A stretch of 64,000 nucleotides of DNA from Bugula neritina (Eukaryota > Animalia > Bryozoa). Of this stretch, positions 56,701-64,000 are shown in pieces. Position numbers and translations under genes: made by a program. Each line of letters starts with the position of its first letter. Position 1 is the first letter of the stretch. The stretch covers positions 16,486,581 through 16,550,580 of the forward strand of contig OZ037767.1 of the NCBI GenBank assembly GCA_964035545.1, read 5' to 3'. The notes under the pieces are model-generated. The model had not been told where the DNA came from. It was given only the letters and a program-made list of their open reading frames with translations, and did not search any database.

Positions 56701-58073
56701 CCCCTTCCTCCGTAGAGCCCCACCTGACCCCTCCAGGGGTGTCTGTACACGACTCCACCTACCAGCACACAGTTTCAACGTCAAACAACAGTTTTATGAT
56801 AGTCTGTTATGTCAACCAATATTCTAGTGACGTCATACTTACTGTCAGTGTTATGCTCGCAGCACTCTCTTTCATTCTCCTTCACCTTCCTATCCTCTTC
56901 TTTTACTTCCGCCTGGTCTGCGTAGCCTCTGATTATTAGTCCCGCTGTCGCTCTATTTCCTGTTGCTGCTGGTTGTCTAGTCGCGGCAGCCAATAGTCTG
57001 CCTCTAGTCAGCATGCCCTCAGTCAGTCTGCTCCACATGTTGTCAGTGTGTTTGGATTTCTTAAATTTCTTGTTTTTGCTTTGATTTTCTATTTGGAAGC
57101 CACACGCACTTGCATTGTTGGCTATGATGTAATCATCAGTTAGGGCTTCTTTTGTCTCAGGCTGAAGGACCAAAGGCTAAGAGAATGAAGAAGTCTGAGG
57201 CTCCCCCTGGTGGTAGAAGTGGAAACTCGTCTTCCTGCGCCACGCCGGTTCCTGTGCTGACCAACGGCTCAGTGGAAGGAGAGGCTGACGTGGAGGTGGA
57301 TGTCCTCACAGGGGATGATAACAGGTCTCTCACCAGCTCTCCAGGTAATCCACCTTGTCCTTGACAGCTACTTGTCCTTGACAGCTACTTGTCCTTGACA
57401 GCCACTTGTCCTTGACATCTACTCGTACACTTTTCTTACTGCTAAAATTTGATTTTGATGCTCCCAGCCAATCACAACAGGCAGAGGAATTGGTTGCGGC
57501 TAAACTAAGCCATCAATGTGTTCACATTTTACAGCCATACAGATAGAATAAGTTCAACAACCTCACATTAGCCAATCAAAATCAGGATTGTACTTTTTAT
57601 CACCATACTGTTCTTTTACATTTAATTATGTGCAAAATTAAAGTATGATGACATATCAAACTCTTATTCCAGTGGAGGTCTTCACTGCAGGTGACTATGT
57701 GCAGCTCTGAGTATTGACTATTTGATGTAACATTACAGCTGCCAGCTCTGCACCCTCCACACCATCGATGCGCTGTGGTACTCCCAGCAACACCTCAACC
57801 AACACTTCTAATTCAAAGTCTAGGACTAAGGCTAAGTCAAAAAACAAGTCCTCGGTGAAAGCCAAGACCTCCTTGAAGAAAGCGCTGAGTGCTGCCGAGA
57901 TAGCCGGGACTAACGCTGCCTACGCCGCTGCCGGCATCACCCCAACAGCCAAGGGTGAGCAACTCTTTGTTCCTTCAACTCGGGTATTTCTACAGCATGT
58001 CTTTGCTAATAGAGTGTTGTTGATTAAACATATATTTATTGTAGGTCTAAACTCCAGAGTGGCTGGTAGGTAA
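44319..58073 (+). CDS. INO80: INO80 chromatin-remodelling ATPase (DBINO + split Snf2 helicase), ~28 coding exons
   Basis: DBINO segment [23 protein letters not shown]; [14 protein letters not shown]; LDEAQA; [11 protein letters not shown]; [21 protein letters not shown]; [19 protein letters not shown]; [20 protein letters not shown]; [15 protein letters not shown]; [51 protein letters not shown]. The last exon is ambiguous (stop at 58073, or 58118 via an alternative acceptor). Confidence 0.96.
45493..45625 (+). repeat. 43-44-bp repeat duplicating an INO80 exon end plus donor (CATGTCCCCCGCTATA|GTATGTATATATCCACCAC...)
   Basis: Three copies at 45493, 45536 and 45580; the first contains the true junction 45508/45509. 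Confidence 0.85.
46913..48100 (+). repeat. 20-bp minisatellite (GTAAGTAACTAGATGGTACA) filling a whole INO80 intron
   Basis: About 59 copies; the first unit starts at the donor GT (46913) and the last merges into ACTAATGTTTCAG at the acceptor (48108). Confidence 0.96.
48226..48520 (+). mobile_element. Degenerate TRIM-like miniature LTR element (LTR - tRNA-Leu PBS - PPT - partial LTR)
   Basis: ~210-bp LTR-like segment with AATAAA (48408) ending in TACTACA (48434). It is followed directly by TGG... complementary to the tRNA-Leu 3' end, then purine tract GAAGGAACGGG, then TGTAGTAACTCTATAC... resembling the start of the first LTR. Confidence 0.6.
49795..50445. repeat. 18-20-bp minisatellite (TATCTATATACAGTATCTAG)
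   Basis: About 33 copies filling an INO80 intron. Confidence 0.93.
50595..50780. repeat. Short-unit minisatellite (TGTAATATATGC / TGTAATATG) filling an INO80 intron
   Basis: Spans donor 50591 to acceptor 50787. Confidence 0.88.
51610..52050. repeat. 18-19-bp minisatellite (TATCCCACCTCTCCTCTAG)
   Basis: About 23 copies after the donor at 51596. Confidence 0.92.
53415..53795. repeat. (ACT)n/(AGT)n trinucleotide microsatellite
   Basis: Fills the intron 53410-53821. Confidence 0.93.
54106..54453 (+). repeat. 32-bp repeat = acceptor (TTTTGTAG) + diverged copy of the first 24 nt of the downstream INO80 exon
   Basis: GTAG|AC recurs 11 times from 54125 to 54440; the true exon starts at 54444. Confidence 0.93.
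55733..57038 (-). CDS. Nested antisense gene in an INO80 intron: predicted mitochondrial membrane protein, TMEM70/TMEM186/TMEM223-like (5 exons, 242 aa)
   Basis: Exons 57038-56843, 56758-56535, 56413-56293, 56155-56005, 55769-55733 join in frame (196+224+121+151+37 = 729 nt) with GT-AG sites. Arg/Ala/Leu-rich presequence ending IIRGYA; VVYRHP; two hydrophobic segments; [15 protein letters not shown] segment. If the last intron is not spliced, the ORF stops at 56001. Confidence 0.72.
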
Positions 58074-58768
58074 CATGCCCCTTACTCTAACTCCACAGGT
58101 AAAGCCCTGAGGCTGTGACAAGGACTTAGTTCTATAATGTGCTGAGCTCTACTCCAAGATGGCTTGTCGTCTAAACTTCCACATGCAATTCTCTCATATT
58201 GTTGAACTTCCAATTTTACTTGGAATGTTAGTATCAGTATTTTACTTGTGTCAATGATGCGTCATTGATGTGTCAATGATGCGTTTCATTAGACTGCAGC
58301 TATTCTGTTATGTACAGCTTTTTTATTGTATATATTTTTGTATATATTTGCCATTTTCTGTACAGTTGTTTTGTTTAAATGAACCCTGTGATGTTTTATA
58401 ATAAAACTAGCTCCGTGGTGCGATAACTCCGAGTTATGATTCATAGCAGTATTGTTTAGTATAATACACCACGTTACTAGATAACCAGGTCACTACATCT
58501 ACTGATTAAACTCAACTTTCTGTTAATCTTCATTCTATATGAATTTTTCTAGTTTCCAAGTAAGAAATTTGAAGAATTACTGAAAAATGTCAGCAATTCA
58601 ATTTGTATAAAATATTATTGAGATACAACTTCAGGGGTTATTTTAAATATGTTAACCATCTGCAATTTAGTCTTATATTGTTTTAGTTGAAATATTTAAA
58701 AATTGACAAAAAAAAGGTAAAACAGGTCCAGTGGATAAGCCAACGCTGGCCGTTGACTCCCAGAAATC

Positions 58769-61700
58769 ATGGATAAGAAAGTCCTGGAAAGTGTGCAGAA
58801 GTTGCAATTAGTGAAATGTAGTGAAGGGGCTCTGGAAGAAAGCATGAAGATTGCTTCTGCCATTGAAGACGTAGGCATGGTTTACTTAGAATCCAATGCC
58901 CACCATTTGGCTCTACCTTACTTTAAGCAAGCATTGAAAATGGCCGACAGTTTGCTAGGCTTGCAGGCTCCAACAAGTGAAGTGATGGCTGGCTTACATA
59001 GCAAGATTGGTAAAGTTCTTACAACACAAATGAAGTATCACTTGGCTTTAGAACATTTAAACAAGGCTGCCCATATATACGAAGGGCTAAGAGATCCCAC
59101 CTTGATTTCCATGTGCTCCTTGGCACATACCTACAACTCTCTAGGGGTCCTGAAAAGACAGACGTGTGAGTTTGATTGTTCCCAGAAGTTACATTTTCAA
59201 GCTCTAAAGTTACTGCAGACTCAGAATGATGTTGGAAGGGAGTTGGATAAAGAGCTGGCCTACACTCACACCTGTATTGGGGATCTCTTCTTTGATCAGT
59301 GTCAATTTACTAAAGCTCTACAGGCTTACCAGAGGTCTGCTACTGCATACGTCGTTATGGACGAGCTCTGCGGGGGTCAGGAGTTGGATTGCGTGATAGA
59401 CTTGGCCCTGGTTTATATCAAACGAAGTCAAACGTTTGTTAAGTTGGCCAATTATGAAGACGGAGAGTCCGAAATGCAGCTTGGCATGAATCATGTAAAT
59501 GAATTCTTTGGCGGTGAAATTGTTCATTGGATTTGGCCTCTGTGCTTTATAGTACTTGGCGAAGTTGGCTTCATCCAAAAACATTTGGTTTATTCTCGAC
59601 AGGCTTTTGAACAAGCATTGGACTTACTAGCAGACTACTACGGGCCTGACAACGTGGGATTCCCGCTAATAGGCCGAACGTACATAGGTCTTGCCACAAC
59701 TCTAGCCTACACAAACCGGTTTAGGGACTCAAAAATATACTTTGATTATGCTTTGGAGTCCTATGAGGAGGTCTATGAAAGCCCTTGCCATCCCGAGCTG
59801 GCGCGGGTACATAACTCCATAGGCGAGTGTTACTACAGCCAAGGTGACTTTACTAGGGCTCTGGTTCACCACCATAAAGCACTGACTATGTTTAAAGCTA
59901 GTTTAGGTAAAGAAGTCGACCATAGTCTTGTCTCTGCCACATATAATAGTATCGGTAAACTGTATACAGCCATCGGCGACCATGTCGCTGCCCATGACTT
60001 TCTCTCTCAATCTTATTCAATCAACTCCCGAATATATAAAGACTTGAACAATGAGGCTCTCATAAGTAACTTCCTTAATATTGGAGATGTTTTTCTCAAC
60101 GAAGAAAAGTTCCAGTGTGCGTTGAGCTTTACCAGTAAGGCCGAGGAATCGGCTAATGCGATGACTAGCATGCAGACTGTGCATCCTCTGTTTGTGATTA
60201 TTCACAACCAAATGGGCCACATACTGAAGGGAGAAGGAAAGTACGAAGAAGCTATAAAAAAATACCAAAACACCTGTAAAATTTGTACCAGCATTAATAG
60301 GGTCTTTCCTACCATAGACAAAGCCTTGGCTTGTTTCAACTGTGCCAATACTCGTTATCTTAAGGATGAGTACACAGAAGCAAACCAAAATTACCAGGAA
60401 GGACTGAATATTACAAAAAAAATTTTAGAAGTAGAAAAATACATTCCACCAGAAACTGCATTGTTTCATATAGAGCTTGGTCAGGCCTCCTTTCGGGTAT
60501 TTGATTTTGAGTCTGCTCTCAAAGAATACAGAGAAGCTGATCGCCTTCTAAACTGCGTGGGCCTGAACTTCCATGTGAATAAAGCACTGGTGGCATCTTA
60601 CTCAGGGGATGCTCAGTTTGAGTTGGGAAACATCAGCGATGCACTGGACCTGTACCTCGATGCCTTAGCCATTTATCAGCAGGTCTACCAGGAGTTCCTA
60701 GATAGGAAAGATATAGCAGATGTGTTTCACAATATCGGAGTTTCCTACCTTAAATTAGGCCTCTACAATTCAGCTATAAAATATTTGGGTGAAGCTATAA
60801 AAATGAAGGAAAGATTACCCGAACCGAGTGCTCCAGCCACAGCAAATAGTTACGATGCCATTGGTACAGTGTATCATGAGCTAGATCGACACCATCTGGC
60901 TATGAAGTATTACAAGAAGTCTTTGGAGCTCAGACAGAACCACTACTGTGTAAACCTCGCGCATGCTGATGTAGCCACCAGCTACAAGCTCTTAGCAAAA
61001 TCTTACAGCGCTGTGGGCGATACTGATACAGCGTATCAGTTTCAAGTGAAAGCTTTAGAAATTATCACCCTTCTGCCGGTTCTCAAGAATGGGACCACCG
61101 GGCTACGAACAGGAGAATTCCTCGAGGCGTTTGCTGCTATTCTCACAGAGCATGGTGAATTTTATCAAGCTAAGAATCAGTTACAAAAAGCGCTAAAAGC
61201 CGTGTCGGAATGTCAAAATAAAGTTAAAAGCATGCTGCTGACCCACAGCATGGAGTCTAGCAAGTTGGAGAAAATAATTATTCGAGTTTCGCTGCCATCT
61301 GTTGCTAAGATACATTTTCAAAAAGGACGAGTCAATTACTTGCATGGTATCAGTACTTTCTATGACGGAATTAATATTGGTTCACGTCGTCCCCTCCTGG
61401 AAACAGCTTTGGAGAGCTTTAACGAAGCACTGAGTTTGGTGTCACAAGTTGATGAGCCAGATAACAATTCTCCAGATCTTGCTGCTATTCATTTGCACCT
61501 GGGCCGTGTTTACACCCAGCCAACGATGGCGCCTTTAGATAGTAGGAATCATGCTACAGCCTTGTGTCACCACATAAAAGCAGTTCAAATCTTAGAGTGG
61601 TACTACGAGAGAAATCCAATTCACCGAGACATCGCGATTGCGTACAATGACCTTGGCTACGTCTACATACTTCGAGAAGAGTATGATAAAGCGCTTGATC

Positions 61701-62053
61701 ATTGCAAAGTCGCACTGAATAAATTAGAAGAATTGTACGGCAAAAGAGAGAGTAAATTGGAAGTCGCCCAGGTGTTTGAAAATATTGGCACTATCAATTT
61801 CAACCAAGAAAATTATCAGGATGCATTAGAATATTACACCGTTTCGTACCAAATCAAGACAAAGCTGTATGGGAAGTACGTCAGGTTCAGCGTAGAACTG
61901 GCTAAAATTAATAGACATCTAGCTAAAGTCCACAGAGCTCTGGGGTGCATCAAGGAAAGCACGTATCACGAGCAAATGGCTGACAGAATTTCATTTCCTT
62001 CAGCTGGTCCCATAGAGAAACGGGGCTGCCCATTACTTCGACTACTAAAATGA
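58769..62053 (+). CDS. Tetratricopeptide-repeat protein (NPHP3/TTC28/KLC-type long TPRs), 1094 aa, intronless CDS
   Basis: Single ORF with repeated motifs of the type HPELARVHNSIGECYYSQGDFTRALVHHHKAL, IADVFHNIGVSY, IAIAYNDLGYVY. Probable 5' UTR intron 58560-58686; AATAAA at ~62150. Confidence 0.88.
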   Translation: MDKKVLESVQKLQLVKCSEGALEESMKIASAIEDVGMVYLESNAHHLALPYFKQALKMADSLLGLQAPTSEVMAGLHSKIGKVLTTQMKYHLALEHLNKAAHIYEGLRDPTLISMCSLAHTYNSLGVLKRQTCEFDCSQKLHFQALKLLQTQNDVGRELDKELAYTHTCIGDLFFDQCQFTKALQAYQRSATAYVVMDELCGGQELDCVIDLALVYIKRSQTFVKLANYEDGESEMQLGMNHVNEFFGGEIVHWIWPLCFIVLGEVGFIQKHLVYSRQAFEQALDLLADYYGPDNVGFPLIGRTYIGLATTLAYTNRFRDSKIYFDYALESYEEVYESPCHPELARVHNSIGECYYSQGDFTRALVHHHKALTMFKASLGKEVDHSLVSATYNSIGKLYTAIGDHVAAHDFLSQSYSINSRIYKDLNNEALISNFLNIGDVFLNEEKFQCALSFTSKAEESANAMTSMQTVHPLFVIIHNQMGHILKGEGKYEEAIKKYQNTCKICTSINRVFPTIDKALACFNCANTRYLKDEYTEANQNYQEGLNITKKILEVEKYIPPETALFHIELGQASFRVFDFESALKEYREADRLLNCVGLNFHVNKALVASYSGDAQFELGNISDALDLYLDALAIYQQVYQEFLDRKDIADVFHNIGVSYLKLGLYNSAIKYLGEAIKMKERLPEPSAPATANSYDAIGTVYHELDRHHLAMKYYKKSLELRQNHYCVNLAHADVATSYKLLAKSYSAVGDTDTAYQFQVKALEIITLLPVLKNGTTGLRTGEFLEAFAAILTEHGEFYQAKNQLQKALKAVSECQNKVKSMLLTHSMESSKLEKIIIRVSLPSVAKIHFQKGRVNYLHGISTFYDGINIGSRRPLLETALESFNEALSLVSQVDEPDNNSPDLAAIHLHLGRVYTQPTMAPLDSRNHATALCHHIKAVQILEWYYERNPIHRDIAIAYNDLGYVYILREEYDKALDHCKVALNKLEELYGKRESKLEVAQVFENIGTINFNQENYQDALEYYTVSYQIKTKLYGKYVRFSVELAKINRHLAKVHRALGCIKESTYHEQMADRISFPSAGPIEKRGCPLLRLLK

Positions 62054-63092
62054 GCTATATACGTGTGATAAATACTCAAGGCTTTAACTTTATAATTTTT
62101 GCATTCAAAGCCTTTTTCTGACATATTTTTTAATTTAACCTAATGCACCAATAAACGATGTCAATAGATAAAAAGGCTCCCAGTATAGCTGTGAATGTTT
62201 ATATCTTAAGAAACTTGCTGCATACTACATACAGTTTATGGTTAAATAATTTACCAACAGCAAAATATAGGACAATGTATTTACTAAGAGTAAAAATGCC
62301 TTGCAATGATCTTGATTTTTTCAGTTTTATTCATAAAATAACATCTTAATAAAAATAGTAACATCTGGCAATGATGAATAAATCAAATTAAAATGTAGGC
62401 GGGCAATATACAATAGGAGAGCGTTGTATGTTGCACAACGTCATAGATATTCTACTACAAATAAATAAAATATATTCTATAATATATACTAGAGAAGAAT
62501 GTTTAGTAATTTACCCTTTGAGCAGTCATTTAATGAAATTTGAATAAGAAACGTTGATGCCAGAGCGAAAATTTATAAGTTTAGCACTCCTAGAAAAATA
62601 ATTTAATATGCACTCCAAAACTGTATAGCCTTGTATTTAATAAAACACATCCTAATAGCATAAGAAATATATAAAATAATAGCTCTGAGGTACAACACAA
62701 AATGAGAAAAAGACGGCATGAAACGAGCTCTCTGATTGGTGAGCACAGAAAATGATTAACAATAGTAGTGATAAGATTGCTAAAGCTGGACGGACATAAA
62801 CTGCTTAGCTAATTGTTATAATAATCATTAAAAAAAACATTTTATTTAATTACATCACGTGTTAAGAATACATGTTCTTTACAAACTGGAACTTTGTATA
62901 TAATGTACTTATAAAACATGACAGCAGCTAGACAAGCAGAGCATGTGCTTGCAAGGTGCTTCAGAATACATGGTAACACTGCTAGCGTACTCCACCAATC
63001 ACCATCTGCCTGACAATCATTAGTCTTATCAGAACGAGTGACACAGGATGAGGGGAAATTTTATTGTCATGGTAACACAACTTTTCCACGTG

Positions 63093-64000
63093 TTAGGCGC
63101 CACTCAACTCCCTCACCATCGCAACAAGCTGAGGGTTCGAGTCCGGGGCACTCGAGCAGTACTCAAACAGGGCCGGACCCATCAGGCCGTACAGGTTCTT
63201 GATGTAGTCGGCGACGGCCTCCCGGAGGACGGCGGTGGAGCCAGTGGCAGAGAGAGAGCGTACCAGGTTCCACGCCAGCGGTAGACCGTGCAGAGTTACT
63301 TGCTTCGGCTTTGCAGAATACACTTTCTTAGCCAAATCTACAACCGAATATTGTATGCATAGGAATATCTGCAGAAAATAAAGTAACACGGTAATGGAGG
63401 GTATCTGCAACAGTAGGCATTTACAGCAGGAAGAAACAGCAGGTAAAGTGATATAGACTGAGAGTAACAGCATGTAAAGTGATATAGACTGAGAGTAAAC
63501 TGGTCTACTTACAGGAAACTCTGTCGATGATATCTGGCTTAGTCTTGGCTGTTGCGTTAACAGTGACTTGAACAAACGGATGAAACAACTGCACGTGGTC
63601 TAAAACACAACATTTACACATTCAACAGTGTCAGCTATACGCTGTCAAGAGTGTCAGCTATACGCTGTCAAGAGTGTCAGCTATACGCTGTCAAGAGTGT
63701 CAGCTATACGCTGTCAAGAGTGTCAGCTATACGCTGTCGACAGCACCAATTATACACTGGTCAACAGCATCAACTGTACGCTGTCGAAAAACTAAAGTGG
63801 GCGGAGTCTCTTACCGAGGTTATTGATGAAAGCATCCAATAGGTTAGAAGCTTTCTTGTACATTTCCGCGTTTTTAGATGCGAGTCCAGCGGCCGTGTTT
63901 TGTACGAGGAGAGTGAGTGATGCGAGGCTGATTTCCTGTTTGACGTCAACCAAGATGGATGCCAGAGTGTCCAACGCGTGCAACGCCACCTTCGAGTTGG
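63093..64000 (-). CDS. TOGARAM1: TOG array regulator of axonemal microtubules (Crescerin/FAM179B), last three exons; gene continues beyond the window
   Basis: Exons at about 64000-63815, 63599-63513, 63338-63093 give NSKVALHALDTL...LASKNAEMY...LFHPF...KTKPDIIDRV...VYSAKPK...LYGLMGPALFE, matching the recalled C-terminal TOG domain of TOGARAM1. Confidence 0.8.
63628..63790. repeat. 23-bp minisatellite (AGTGTCAGCTATACGCTGTCAAG)
   Basis: About 5 near-perfect plus 2 diverged copies in a TOGARAM1 intron. Confidence 0.88.

Noticed and set aside
59318-60388. Antisense ORFs within the TPR gene (and 21541-21810 within the LINE)
   Set aside because: Short shadow ORFs opposite long coding frames, with no motifs or splice support.

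Overview
Intron-rich, AT-rich eukaryotic genomic DNA, most likely from an invertebrate animal (inferred from gene content; the species cannot be determined from this window). There are no prokaryotic features and no CRISPR array. Exons were joined by hand using GT-AG junctions and reading-frame continuity. Genes in order: asparaginase/60-kDa lysophospholipase with ankyrin repeats (ASPG-like, +); a GPX1/2-type glutathione peroxidase homolog (-) in which the Sec/Cys, Gln and Trp catalytic positions are all replaced; an EF-hand-like + HELP/WD40 (EML/TAPE) protein gene (+); ceramide glucosyltransferase UGCG (-); INO80 (+), with a complete 5-exon antisense gene for a mitochondrial TMEM70/186/223-like protein nested in one intron; a TPR gene with an intronless 1094-aa CDS (+); and the 3' end of TOGARAM1/Crescerin (-). 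Mobile DNA: a young 5'-truncated LINE, three tRNA-derived SINE copies, a TIR MITE, a non-autonomous hAT element containing a foldback MITE, and a TRIM-like mini LTR element whose over-long tRNA-Leu copy has a mismatch exactly at the m1A58 position. The main structural theme is that many introns hold their own private minisatellite, and several units are tandem copies of the adjacent splice junction itself, in some cases including exon sequence. One minisatellite occurs as inverted arrays in two introns that bracket two exons. Homology calls rest on motif recognition and recalled sequences, not database searches.
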